Below are positions 45,913 to 55,190 of a stretch of 64,000 bases of DNA, one piece after another. The stretch lies in the NCBI GenBank assembly GCA_007375595.1, contig VMEP01000001.1:479184-543183 (forward strand). Direction: 5' to 3'. This DNA is from Parcubacteria group bacterium LiPW_30 (GTDB taxonomy: Bacteria > Patescibacteriota > Minisyncoccia > Phycocordibacterales > VMEP01). The notes under the pieces are model-generated. The model had not been told where the DNA came from. It worked only from the letters and a program-made list of their open reading frames with translations, and did not search any database. The translations under genes were made by a program, and so were the position numbers. Position 1 is the stretch's first letter, and each line of letters begins with the position of its first letter.

Positions 45913-46992
45913 ATGCAAAAAGACTACTACCAAATTTTAGGAGTTGAGCGAAAGGCTTCTAAAGAGGAAATAAAAAAAGCTTTTCACAAGCTAGCTCACA
46001 AATATCATCCTGATAAAAAGGGGGGTGATGAGGAGCGATTTAAAGAGGTAAACGAAGCATACCAGGTTCTTTCCAATGAAAAGAAAAGGTCTGAGTATGA
46101 TACTTATGGCCAAGTTTTTAATGATGGAAGTGGTCAGCAACAAGGGGCATCTGGATTTCATGGTTTTGATCCATCACAGTTTGGTGATTTTGATTTTAGT
46201 AACGCTGGTGGTTTTGGAGATATTTTTAGTGAAATATTTAACGGCGGTCGTGGTGGCGCACAAGGAAGACGTGGCTCCGATATTTCTATTGAAATAACAG
46301 TAAGCTTTTCAGAATCAATCTTTGGAACAACTCGCAAAGTTTTGATAACAAAAAGAGCGCTATGCGATACCTGTAAAGGAGACGGCGAAAAGCCGGGAAC
46401 AAAACGTAAGAAGTGTGATACCTGTAATGGTCAAGGAAAAGTTCGCGAGACAAAGAAATCGTTTATAGGTGTTTTCACGAGCGTGAGAGAATGTAATTCT
46501 TGTATGGGCTCTGGCACAATTCCAGAAGAGAAGTGTTCAACCTGTAAAGGTCAAGGCATTCTTAGGAAGCAGGAAGAAATTGCTATCCATGTTCCAGCGG
46601 GAATTGAAAATGGTGAAATGATTCGTCTTTCAGGTATGGGTGAAGCAGTTTTGCGTGGTGTTTCTGGTGATTTGTACGTTAAGATAAGCGTTTTGCCACA
46701 CCAGACCTTGAAACGCGAAGGAAACAACCTAACAATGAATCTTGATATTAAACTGACAGAAGCGTTGCTTGGGGGAGAGCGTTCGATTGATACTCTTGAC
46801 GGGAAAATTGATTTGAAAATTCCAGAAGGCGTTAATACTGGAGAAATTCTTCGACTAAAAGGTAAGGGCGTCCCACAGGGTAATAATAACCAAAGAGGAG
46901 ATTTGCTTGTGAAAATAAAAGTTGTTTTGCCCCATAAACTATCCAAAAAAGCCCGTGGCATAGTAGAGGACTTAAAGGGAGAGGGAATGTAA
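45913..46992 (+). CDS. dnaJ: Chaperone DnaJ
   Basis: J-domain HPD (YHPDK), a G/F region and four CxxCxGxG zinc-finger repeats. Confidence 0.9.
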   Translation: MQKDYYQILGVERKASKEEIKKAFHKLAHKYHPDKKGGDEERFKEVNEAYQVLSNEKKRSEYDTYGQVFNDGSGQQQGASGFHGFDPSQFGDFDFSNAGGFGDIFSEIFNGGRGGAQGRRGSDISIEITVSFSESIFGTTRKVLITKRALCDTCKGDGEKPGTKRKKCDTCNGQGKVRETKKSFIGVFTSVRECNSCMGSGTIPEEKCSTCKGQGILRKQEEIAIHVPAGIENGEMIRLSGMGEAVLRGVSGDLYVKISVLPHQTLKREGNNLTMNLDIKLTEALLGGERSIDTLDGKIDLKIPEGVNTGEILRLKGKGVPQGNNNQRGDLLVKIKVVLPHKLSKKARGIVEDLKGEGM

Positions 46993-46997
46993 ATAAA

Positions 46998-48437
46998 ATG
47001 ACAATTCTCGGCGCATCAGTATTTATATATCTTGTTGCGATGATACCAGTGAGCTTTTATGCTTCACGATTTGTTAAGAACTCAAAAGATTATGTTTTAG
47101 CTGGGCGAAACTTGCCTTTTTATATGGCACTTGCCACTGTTTTTGCTACTTGGTTTGGATCAGAATCTATTTTAGGGGCTAGTTCAAAAATGGCAGAGGG
47201 TGGTTTTTTAAACGTGATTGAAGATCCGTTTGGCGCCGGGTTATGTCTTATTTTAATTGGTTTATTTTTTGCAAAAAAATTATATTCATTAAATCATTTA
47301 ACAATAGGAGACTACTTTGCTGAACGTTATAACAAGACAGTTGCGATGCTTTTAAGTATCGCCATAACTGTCACTTATTTTGGTTGGGTCGCCGCGCAAT
47401 TTGTTGCGCTTGGTATTATCATGCAGTTCGTTTTTGGGATGTCTTTTATAAATGGTTTATTGGTAGCAGCAGGGGTTGTTGTTCTTTATACATACATTGG
47501 TGGAATGTGGTCGGTTGTTATGCATGACCTTATACAAACCACAATAATTATTTTAGGGCTTTTCGCAATATTAATTGAAATAACCTATAAAATAAGTATC
47601 CACGATGTAATCGTGGCAACCCCTCCAGAATTTTTTAATATTATTCCGGAACATACAACTAAAGATTGGCTTGCGTTTATTGCGGCATTAATGACAATTG
47701 GCCTCGGCTCAATTCCACAGCAAGATGTTTATCAAAGAGCGATGTCTGCAAAATCAGCAGATGTATCAAAATGGGCCGCGATTGTGGGCGGAGTGTTGTA
47801 TTTTACAATCGTTTTAATTCCAATTTTCTTAGGGCTTGCCGCTCGCGCACTTTATCCGGAATTAGTTGCCCCAGGGGCAGATTCTCAGCTTTTGATACCA
47901 ACTCTTATTGCTAATAATACAAACATATTTACTCAGGTAATATTTTATGGGGCATTACTCTCAGCAATCATGAGTACTGCCTCGGGGGCGCTTCTTGCTC
48001 CTGCAACACTACTTGCAGAAAATATTATTAAGCCCTTTTTCCCACGTGTATCTGACATTCGTTTGTTGCGTTTTATTAAAATATCGATTTTGGTTATTTC
48101 TGCTGGTGCAATATTGCTCGCAGTTAAACAAGGAAATATTTACGAATTGGTTGGTGGTGCGTATTCAATAACACTTGTTTCTGCTTTTGTGCCACTTGCT
48201 GCTGGTTTGTATTTAAAGAAGGCAAATAGTTTAGGAGCAATGTTTGCAATGCTTCTCGGGGCGCTTTCTTGGCAATACGTTGAACATTTCACAGATGAGA
48301 ATTTTATTGTTCCTTCAATAATTGTTGGCTTTTTGGCTAGTATTACTGGTATGCTATTAGGAATCATTGTTGAGCGTGTTGTTTTAAACAAAAAACAGAC
48401 GACAGGCGAGAACATTTCTGTTCAAATGAATAATTAA
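46998..48437 (+). CDS. Sodium:solute symporter family transporter
   Basis: About 13 TM helices, SSF-like. Confidence 0.65.
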   Translation: MTILGASVFIYLVAMIPVSFYASRFVKNSKDYVLAGRNLPFYMALATVFATWFGSESILGASSKMAEGGFLNVIEDPFGAGLCLILIGLFFAKKLYSLNHLTIGDYFAERYNKTVAMLLSIAITVTYFGWVAAQFVALGIIMQFVFGMSFINGLLVAAGVVVLYTYIGGMWSVVMHDLIQTTIIILGLFAILIEITYKISIHDVIVATPPEFFNIIPEHTTKDWLAFIAALMTIGLGSIPQQDVYQRAMSAKSADVSKWAAIVGGVLYFTIVLIPIFLGLAARALYPELVAPGADSQLLIPTLIANNTNIFTQVIFYGALLSAIMSTASGALLAPATLLAENIIKPFFPRVSDIRLLRFIKISILVISAGAILLAVKQGNIYELVGGAYSITLVSAFVPLAAGLYLKKANSLGAMFAMLLGALSWQYVEHFTDENFIVPSIIVGFLASITGMLLGIIVERVVLNKKQTTGENISVQMNN

Positions 48438-48441
48438 ATAA

Positions 48442-49086
48442 ATGAAAGAATTTTTACCACCTTTTTTTCTACAGAATCTAGTTTGGGTGCCTACTCGAAT
48501 ATTTCTAAAATTTTTTGGACATTTTGAAATTATTGGATTTGAGAATTTGAAAAACCTAAAAGGAAAAATTATTTTTGTTAGTAATCATAGTAGTGAACTT
48601 GATCCAATATTATTACCGGCCTCGTTCCCATTTTTGTCACGATTCTCACCAGCTTTCTACACATCAAGAGAGAAGGAGTTTTATGATAGACATTCTTTTT
48701 TAAAATGGCTTTTTTATCGTGAATGGTTTTTCGAAATATGGGGCGCGTATCGCGTTTTAGTTGGAAAGCATGATTACGAAAAATCACTAAAAAAGCATCT
48801 AGAAATTTTAAACAAAGGACACTCTTTGTTAGTTTTCCCGGAAGGTGAAAAAACTAAGGATGGAAATTTGTTGCCCGCACACGGTGGAGCGATATATCTA
48901 GCAAGGGCTTCACAGGCGCCGATAGTGCCAACTTCAATTAAGGGTGTTTTCAATATCAAATTAAGTGATTTTATTTTTCGTCGCGCGAGAATAAAGATAA
49001 TCTTTGGTACTCCGGTTTTTCCATTAACCGATGATTATAAAACAGAGATACAAAAAATTATGGATATTATCGCGAAAAATCTTTAA
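48442..49086 (+). CDS. Lysophospholipid acyltransferase (PlsC-like)
   Basis: HxxxxD motif NHSSELD and an FPEGEKT motif. Confidence 0.65.
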   Translation: MKEFLPPFFLQNLVWVPTRIFLKFFGHFEIIGFENLKNLKGKIIFVSNHSSELDPILLPASFPFLSRFSPAFYTSREKEFYDRHSFLKWLFYREWFFEIWGAYRVLVGKHDYEKSLKKHLEILNKGHSLLVFPEGEKTKDGNLLPAHGGAIYLARASQAPIVPTSIKGVFNIKLSDFIFRRARIKIIFGTPVFPLTDDYKTEIQKIMDIIAKNL

Positions 49087-49417
49087 TAGTTATTTTTTAT
49101 CGCTAGCTTTAACCTTGACTCTCAATATAAAAACAAAAAAATTTAAGCGGAATATTGAAGACTTTACTTGTAGTGAATGTGGTTTTTTTGTTGAGGGGAA
49201 TGGTTATACAAACCACTGTCCAAAATGTTTATGGAGTAAACACGTTGATATAAATCCAGGAGATAGAAAATCCGATTGTTTAGGATCTATGGAACCAACT
49301 GGGGTTGAGGTTAAGGCGGGGGAGTATGTAATTACACACCAGTGTATTAAATGTGGTTTTGTTCGAAAAAATAAAACCACAAAAGATGACGATTTTAATT
49401 TATTGTTGAACTTATAA
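49031..49417 (+). CDS. RNHCP-domain zinc-ribbon protein
   Basis: CSECGF...NHCPKCLW...CIKCGF. The 5' part of the ORF overlaps the upstream acyltransferase. The true start is probably internal, for example the TTG near 49119. Confidence 0.45.
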   Translation: MIIKQRYKKLWILSRKIFNSYFLSLALTLTLNIKTKKFKRNIEDFTCSECGFFVEGNGYTNHCPKCLWSKHVDINPGDRKSDCLGSMEPTGVEVKAGEYVITHQCIKCGFVRKNKTTKDDDFNLLLNL

Positions 49418-50342
49418 TGTTTTTAGACCGCTTTTCTGTTAATACGTCGGCGATTTTTATAAAAAATTCTTCGTCTATTTTTTTCTTGTTGTTTACATAT
49501 TCCCAGAAAAAATCTTTACAATAAAAAGCGTATAAATAATAGACTCGGTGAAAACTATAATTATCTTTTTTATTAAACTTTCCATTCAGTAATTCATCTT
49601 TATCTGTAAATTGTTTTGGGTTATATTTTTGTAAATTATAAATACCCTCTTTTTTACCAAGATAACTAAAGTCCCAATTTGAAAATAAATTGGCAAGTAT
49701 TTCTCTTGTTATATAATATCCATTTCCAAATTCCTTTTTTAACAAAAACCAAGATTTATAGAAGTCTTTTTCTCTTGGTCTAAAAATATTTTTTATTTTT
49801 TCTAAAACACGTTCTTTTTCGTGTAAGTGGGCTAGTTCGTGAATTAAATTAATTTTCAAGTTTGAAATATAGTCCTTACTCTTCTTGTTTAGTATATAAA
49901 TATAGATAGAATCTATACTGGAGCTTGCACTAGCACCAACGTTTTTTTTGTCTAAATATGACGGCAAAAGGTATATATTGATATTTTTGACTTTAATACC
50001 ATAAAACCCCTCTATAACTTTTATTGTTTCTTGAACATTAAATTTTTTTATAATATTTTTAGAGAATAGAAAATTTTTACCATTTTTTATTTCAAAATCT
50101 TTTTCTGAAATTATACTTTTTATGTATTCAAAGAGTTTCTCTTCTAACTTTCTATCACTGTCATTTTTTTTAGATAGCAAAGATTTTACTTCTTTTAGGT
50201 TTTTGCGCGTAAAAAATAATTTTTTTATAGCTTGAAACTCTTCTTTTATGAAAGATGGAAGTATTTTGTCATCATTTTCTTTAATAAAATTAAGTACCAA
50301 TCTGTCAACAAAAACCTTATATCCGTAATTTATTTTTATCAT
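49395..50342 (-). CDS. Hypothetical HExxH protein (putative zinc metallopeptidase), extremely AT-rich
   Basis: LIHELAHLHE motif. About 24% GC. Minus strand inside a + strand block, convergent with and overlapping the RNHCP gene by 23 nt. Confidence 0.45.
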   Translation of the reverse strand: MIKINYGYKVFVDRLVLNFIKENDDKILPSFIKEEFQAIKKLFFTRKNLKEVKSLLSKKNDSDRKLEEKLFEYIKSIISEKDFEIKNGKNFLFSKNIIKKFNVQETIKVIEGFYGIKVKNINIYLLPSYLDKKNVGASASSSIDSIYIYILNKKSKDYISNLKINLIHELAHLHEKERVLEKIKNIFRPREKDFYKSWFLLKKEFGNGYYITREILANLFSNWDFSYLGKKEGIYNLQKYNPKQFTDKDELLNGKFNKKDNYSFHRVYYLYAFYCKDFFWEYVNNKKKIDEEFFIKIADVLTEKRSKNIISSTIN

Positions 50343-50380
50343 AATTTAGAAAATCTTTATTTAGGTTATATGTGTTTAAT

Positions 50381-50417
50381 GGCAACGAAAACGGGTAGAA
50401 GCGCAAAACTTCTACCC
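50381..50417 (-). terminator. Intrinsic terminator on the minus strand (GGGTAGAAG-7 nt-CTTCTACCC plus GTTTTCGTT)
   Basis: 9-bp stem, with a T-rich tail in the minus orientation. Confidence 0.55.
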
Positions 50418-50436
50418 GCACGACCAGGCCGAAGGG

Positions 50437-50523
50437 TCAAGCTGGGGGATTCCCCGGATTGTTGCCCTGCTCATCCGCGGGCGTGGAGTCCCAGTCGTCA
50501 TCGCCACCAAACAGCTTTTTCAT
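50437..50523 (-). CDS. Small acidic, Pro/Gly/Asn-rich peptide (28 aa) with a strong Shine-Dalgarno sequence
   Basis: GAGGAG 6 nt before the ATG. Peptide MKKLFGGDDDWDSTPADEQGNNPGNPPA, followed by a terminator. About 60% GC. Divergent from the TPR gene. Confidence 0.35.
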   Translation of the reverse strand: MKKLFGGDDDWDSTPADEQGNNPGNPPA

Positions 50524-50623
50524 TTAAATCTCCTCGTGACCTACCGGTTAAGAAATCCCAACCTTTTAATAGGCCATATAAAGCATGACGTTTTATTTAT
50601 ATTATGTCAACGCCTAGAATCCT

Positions 50624-50664
50624 CGGTATTTTTACGGTATAATTTCGACATGAATTCGCACCGA
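50624..50664 (+). repeat. Left copy of a roughly 40-bp direct repeat covering the promoter-like TATAAT and the first codons of the TPR gene (partner at 55104-55144)
   Basis: GTATTTTTACGGTATAATTT[C/T]GA[C/T]ATGAATTCG[C/T]ACC, with 3 mismatches over about 40 bp. Confidence 0.6.
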
Positions 50665-51690
50665 CCAACAATTATAGTTGATGTTGATCCAGAGTTGTCT
50701 TTTGAAACAAATGGAGTGCTTAGAAAAATATTTAATTTTTTTGAAAATGGAAAATTTCAAACAGCACTTGAGAGCCTTCATAACATTAAAATTAATAGTT
50801 TAAAACCATCAGAACAAGTCATATTAAAACTCTTTACTGGAGAGATCTACGAAAAAATGGGCTATTTTTTAAAGGCGCTACAAAATTACCGCATGGCCCG
50901 CGAACTAGCAGTAAAAATTAAAAAAGTAGATCTCGCAAATGTAGCTAGAATTAAAGTTGGCCGGATTAATATTGCAATGGGACATATTGATGTTGGGTTA
51001 AAGCAACTTAAAAATTTAGCATCGGAGTCAGGTATTTTGCTCAACAATGAATTATTTGCAAATACCCTGAACGCTATTGGGTATGGTTACCGAGTTGCTG
51101 GTAATAGAAAAATGGCGCTCCGATATATTGATATGGCGACTGGTCTTTTTGGAAAAAAACATGATATTTCAATCAAAACAGAATTCGCGGTACTTCATAA
51201 TAAGGCAGGGTTGTTGAGGGAAACATCCAACTATGATGATGCGCTAAAAATTTACTTATTTTTGATTAAAAGGGTGAATAAAAATAATACTTTCTTTCGT
51301 GCTCGATTACTCAACAATATTGGTTTTATTTTCCGCAAACAAGGGCAATATCGGAGGGCTCGGATATATTACACGAAGGCCCATAAACTTGAGCGGGATA
51401 TCAACGCGCGGCAATTACAAGCACGAACCTTAAACAATCTTGGTGGAGTATCAAGAATGGAGGGAGATCTAACCAAGGCTTTGGAGTATTTTAACGAAAG
51501 TGTCCGCATAAGAAAACAGTTACACGATCAATTAGGTCTTTCGTCATCATTACTAAATAAAGGTATACTACTAAAGCAGATGGGTAAGAAAAAAACTGGC
51601 GAAAAGTACCTTATACAAAGCTACAAAATAAGGAAGTTGAGTGGATCGAAGCACATGCTACGTGAAGTATTAGCAGAACTAAAAAATTAA
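50650..51690 (+). CDS. TPR-repeat protein (about 346 aa)
   Basis: Multiple 34-residue TPR-like repeats. Start taken at MNSHRPTIIV, because the ORF-track start at 50536 runs through the GC island. Confidence 0.55.
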   Translation: MNSHRPTIIVDVDPELSFETNGVLRKIFNFFENGKFQTALESLHNIKINSLKPSEQVILKLFTGEIYEKMGYFLKALQNYRMARELAVKIKKVDLANVARIKVGRINIAMGHIDVGLKQLKNLASESGILLNNELFANTLNAIGYGYRVAGNRKMALRYIDMATGLFGKKHDISIKTEFAVLHNKAGLLRETSNYDDALKIYLFLIKRVNKNNTFFRARLLNNIGFIFRKQGQYRRARIYYTKAHKLERDINARQLQARTLNNLGGVSRMEGDLTKALEYFNESVRIRKQLHDQLGLSSSLLNKGILLKQMGKKKTGEKYLIQSYKIRKLSGSKHMLREVLAELKN

Positions 51691-51692
51691 CA

Positions 51693-52442
51693 ATGAGAGG
51701 GATAAACCTAAGAATGCAGAAACTACTACATAGGAAGCAAGTCGTCTTTCTTGCTCTTGATCATGGGTTCTCCATGGGACCAATATATGGTCTTGAAGAC
51801 CTTGGCGCAACAGTTAAAAAACTAGCTCGTTGTGATGTAGATGCGGTGATTCTTCATAGGGGAGCGATTAAGAACTTACCACTAAATACCTTTGAGGGTA
51901 ATTTTCCACCGCTCATAATGCATTTAGCGGGGAGTGATATAAGTAATGGTGTAAATAAATTCTTGACCGCTGATCCATACCAAGCTCTTCTTTTAGGGGC
52001 GGATGCTGTTTCGTTTCAAATTAACATCGGTACACAGAACGAGGAAACACAGATTAAAGAGGCTGTACATTTGATTGAGAGGGCCGACGGTCTCGAGTTA
52101 CCAGTTTTGCTTATGATTTACGATAAAAGAAATCACATAGAGATTGGAGAGCGAATCAGGGGATCTATTCGTTTAAGTATTGAGCTTGGTGCTGATATGG
52201 TAAAAATAGATCCAGGTGATGATTTCCAAGGTCTTCAAGAGGCGATAGGCTACTCTTCAATCCCAGTTTTTATTGCGGGAGGTGAAAAAATGTCGGATGA
52301 AGCTGTTTTTTTGAGAAAAATCCAAAATGGTCTCGGTAGTGGAATCCGCGGTGTTTCGGTGGGAAGGAACATTTTTCAAAATTCAAATGCTATAAATATT
52401 TTGGAAAAGTTATGCGATTTTGTCCATAAATATGAAAAATAA
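51693..52442 (+). CDS. DhnA-type class I aldolase family protein (FbaB / AroA'-like, COG1830)
   Basis: LALDHG N-terminal motif, a candidate Schiff-base lysine in DMVKID, and a length of about 250 aa like archaeal AroA'. Confidence 0.6.
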   Translation: MRGINLRMQKLLHRKQVVFLALDHGFSMGPIYGLEDLGATVKKLARCDVDAVILHRGAIKNLPLNTFEGNFPPLIMHLAGSDISNGVNKFLTADPYQALLLGADAVSFQINIGTQNEETQIKEAVHLIERADGLELPVLLMIYDKRNHIEIGERIRGSIRLSIELGADMVKIDPGDDFQGLQEAIGYSSIPVFIAGGEKMSDEAVFLRKIQNGLGSGIRGVSVGRNIFQNSNAINILEKLCDFVHKYEK

Positions 52443-53598
52443 GAGTTTTGAGATCGTGTTTGTCGAAGTTAATCAACATACGCCAATAGAAATTCGCGAA
52501 CGTCTTAATTATCATAGCACTGAATTAAAACTAATTATAGAGTCTTTGCGCGACGAACCAATTTTACTAGAAAAACTATTCCTGTGCACATGCAATAGGA
52601 GTCTACTTATCTTTATTTGTCATAAAGAAAATCTGAATAACGCAAAAAAACGGTCATTGGAACTTTTTGACCTGTGGGCAAAAATACATATTTCAGAACA
52701 GTATATTCAGTTTTATACTGGACGTAACGCTTTATCGAGGCTTGTCCGCCTTGCCGTTGGTATGGAATCGCCCATTTTTGGTGAAGATCAAATTTTAGGA
52801 CAGATTAAGTTATTTTTTGGAATTTTCCTTAAGCATAAATTAACCGGCCCGATTCTTAATAGAGTATTCCAGCAACTACAATTTATTGCACGAAAAATTA
52901 AACGAAAAATTCCGATTTCAAGAGGAAGGCTTTCACTCTCAGGGTTGGTTATTCAGGAAGTTGAGGGGTTTATAAAAAAAACAGGCCAAGACAAATTGCA
53001 GGTTCTGATTATTGGGTGGGGTGAAATTACCGCTACCATATTTAAGATACTCAATTCAATGAAAGAAATTGAAAAAATCAGCGTCGCAAACCGTACTTTA
53101 AATAAAGTTAATGTGTCATGTGATAAGTTAAAAATAGACAAAGTTGTAGAAATAGCAAAATATTTTGATATCATTGTCAGTATGACCAGTAGATTTGGCT
53201 ATGTTGTAAATTCAGACTGCTTTAGGGATGGAGTCGAAAGGGATATGTTACTTGTAGACCTTGGAGTTCCACGTAACATTGACCCACATTTAGCAAAAAT
53301 ATCGCTAGTAAAGCTTGTTAACATTGATACATTAAATCTTAAGACAATAAAAAATATACGTGGTCGAAAACAACAAATACCACAAGCACAGGTGTATATT
53401 TCTGGATTTCAAGATAAAATGATAAAATTCATTGAGAATTATCAGAAACAACAAAATATTGTCCAGATTCTGAAACAAGCCAAGTCCGTTTATATTCATG
53501 ACCGCAAACTGTTTTTCAGAACTATTAGCCCCAAAAAAAGTAAGCAGATAGTTAATTCTTTTTGCAAAAAAACATACCGAGAAATAATTACTCAGTAA
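52420..53598 (+). CDS. hemA: Glutamyl-tRNA reductase homolog
   Basis: EVNQHTPIEIRERL, the catalytic LCTCNRS motif, GEDQILGQIK, the Rossmann motif IIGWGEIT, ANRT, and LLVDLGVPRNIDP. All align with E. coli HemA. Alternative start at 52432 overlaps the aldolase stop. Confidence 0.75.
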   Translation: MSINMKNKSFEIVFVEVNQHTPIEIRERLNYHSTELKLIIESLRDEPILLEKLFLCTCNRSLLIFICHKENLNNAKKRSLELFDLWAKIHISEQYIQFYTGRNALSRLVRLAVGMESPIFGEDQILGQIKLFFGIFLKHKLTGPILNRVFQQLQFIARKIKRKIPISRGRLSLSGLVIQEVEGFIKKTGQDKLQVLIIGWGEITATIFKILNSMKEIEKISVANRTLNKVNVSCDKLKIDKVVEIAKYFDIIVSMTSRFGYVVNSDCFRDGVERDMLLVDLGVPRNIDPHLAKISLVKLVNIDTLNLKTIKNIRGRKQQIPQAQVYISGFQDKMIKFIENYQKQQNIVQILKQAKSVYIHDRKLFFRTISPKKSKQIVNSFCKKTYREIITQ

Positions 53599-53606
53599 TT
53601 TATATT

Positions 53607-53681
53607 GCCCCTGTCGTTTAGGTAGGACAAGGACGCTAGATTTTCGATCTAGAAACAGAGGTTCGAATCCTCTCAGGGGTA
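53607..53681 (+). tRNA. tRNA-Glu (anticodon TTC)
   Basis: Manual fold: acceptor GCCCCTG/CAGGGGT, anticodon stem CTAGA/TCTAG with loop TTTTCGA, T-arm AGAGG-TTCGAAT-CCTCT. Confidence 0.85.
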
Positions 53682-53708
53682 CTTACAATAAGCAAAAGAA
53701 GTTCAGTT

Positions 53709-55085
53709 ATGAATAAAAATAATGAAAAAATAGTCGTGCGATTCGCCCCATCTCCTACGGGGGTTGTTCATCTTGGAACAGCGAGAACAGCACTTTTTAA
53801 CTTTCTTTTTTCAAAAAAAAATAATGGTAAATATATTTTACGCATTGAGGACACGGATAAAGATAGGTCAAAAAAAGAGTTTGAGGATAATATTTTAGAG
53901 ACGCTTTCGTGGCTTGGTCTTGATTTCGATGAATTATATTACCAATCTAAAAGGGTAGATATCTATAAAAATTATATCCAACAACTTATAACTCGGAATT
54001 TGGCCTATATTTCACAAGAGGGTATATCTGGTAGTGGGGATAATATTGAAAAACGAGATGAGGTTATTAGATTTCGGAATCCGAATAAAATCGTTATGTT
54101 TAAGGACGAACTTCGTGGCAATATTCAATTTGATACAACCGACTTAGGCGATTTCGTTATAGCAAAGAGTTTCGAGGAACCACTCTATAATTTTGCGGTT
54201 GTTGTTGATGATTATGAAATGGGGGTAACGCATATTATCCGAGGAGAAGACCATATACCGAACACACCCAGACAAATACTCATACAAGAAGCAATTGGTG
54301 CTCGGTTACCAATATATATTCATTTACCACTTATTTTAGGAAGGGATCGCTCTAAACTTTCTAAACGAGATGGTGCTCTGCCGGTTTTAGAATATCGAAA
54401 TGCTGGTTATCTACCATCTACCATCGTTAATTATTTAGCTTTTCTTGGGTGGAATCCGGGGAATGACAAAGAAGTACTTACACAAGAGCAACTCATTGAG
54501 TTTTTTGGTATTGAAGGGTTACAAAAATCACCAGCAGTGTTTAATGAAGAAAAAATTGATTGGTTAAACCGAAAGCACATGGCCTTACTTTCCGATGATG
54601 ATTTTGGGAAAGGTGTACTTTCTTTTCTGCCTAAGGAGGTCTGGGGAAGGTATACAAAACTGTCAAAACGCCTACTACCGTTTATCAGGGAGCGCATTTC
54701 TAAATTTGGAGATATTCGAGATAGGTACGACGATGAATGGGTATATTTTTTTGAGCGACCAGAATATTTAATTGATAATTTAATTTACCCACCAAATATT
54801 AAGAAAGGAGAATCTGTGGGAATAATACAAAAGCACCTCTCGTTTATCCTAGATGCATTATCTTCTATTGAGGAAAATGAATTTGATATCGAAAGAATTA
54901 AAGGTCTTGTTTGGAATTACGCCACCGAAAACGACAGAGGTACAGTGCTTTGGCCGATGCGTTTTGCGCTTTCTGGAAAAGAGAAATCTCTCGACCCTTT
55001 TAGTATTGCTGCTATTTTGGGAAAAAAAGAGACATTAGAAAGAATTTCTATAGCAATTAAAAAATTTTCTTATTCATCAGTATAA
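53709..55085 (+). CDS. gltX: Glutamyl-tRNA synthetase
   Basis: Class I HIGH-type motif PSPTGVVHLGTART, a KMSK-like LSKRDG, and an anticodon-binding C-terminus. Confidence 0.9.
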   Translation: MNKNNEKIVVRFAPSPTGVVHLGTARTALFNFLFSKKNNGKYILRIEDTDKDRSKKEFEDNILETLSWLGLDFDELYYQSKRVDIYKNYIQQLITRNLAYISQEGISGSGDNIEKRDEVIRFRNPNKIVMFKDELRGNIQFDTTDLGDFVIAKSFEEPLYNFAVVVDDYEMGVTHIIRGEDHIPNTPRQILIQEAIGARLPIYIHLPLILGRDRSKLSKRDGALPVLEYRNAGYLPSTIVNYLAFLGWNPGNDKEVLTQEQLIEFFGIEGLQKSPAVFNEEKIDWLNRKHMALLSDDDFGKGVLSFLPKEVWGRYTKLSKRLLPFIRERISKFGDIRDRYDDEWVYFFERPEYLIDNLIYPPNIKKGESVGIIQKHLSFILDALSSIEENEFDIERIKGLVWNYATENDRGTVLWPMRFALSGKEKSLDPFSIAAILGKKETLERISIAIKKFSYSSV

Positions 55086-55103
55086 TATGAGGGTTACAAT
55101 CTT

Positions 55104-55144
55104 TAGTATTTTTACGGTATAATTTTGATATGAATTCGTACCAA
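55104..55144 (+). repeat. Right copy of the roughly 40-bp direct repeat. It carries a duplicated start (MNSYQPVMFF-stop, 55130-55162) of the TPR gene
   Basis: Matches 50624-50664. The remnant 10-codon ORF ends in TAG. Confidence 0.6.
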
Positions 55145-55190
55145 CCGGTGATGTTTTTTTAGGACACGAAAAACCCTTACATAAAATAGG

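Noticed and set aside
50232-50588. 118-aa + strand ORF spanning the GC island between the HExxH gene and the TPR gene
   Set aside because: It runs antisense through the HExxH gene start and the small peptide gene. It has no RBS, and the same region carries a well-signalled minus-strand peptide gene and terminator.
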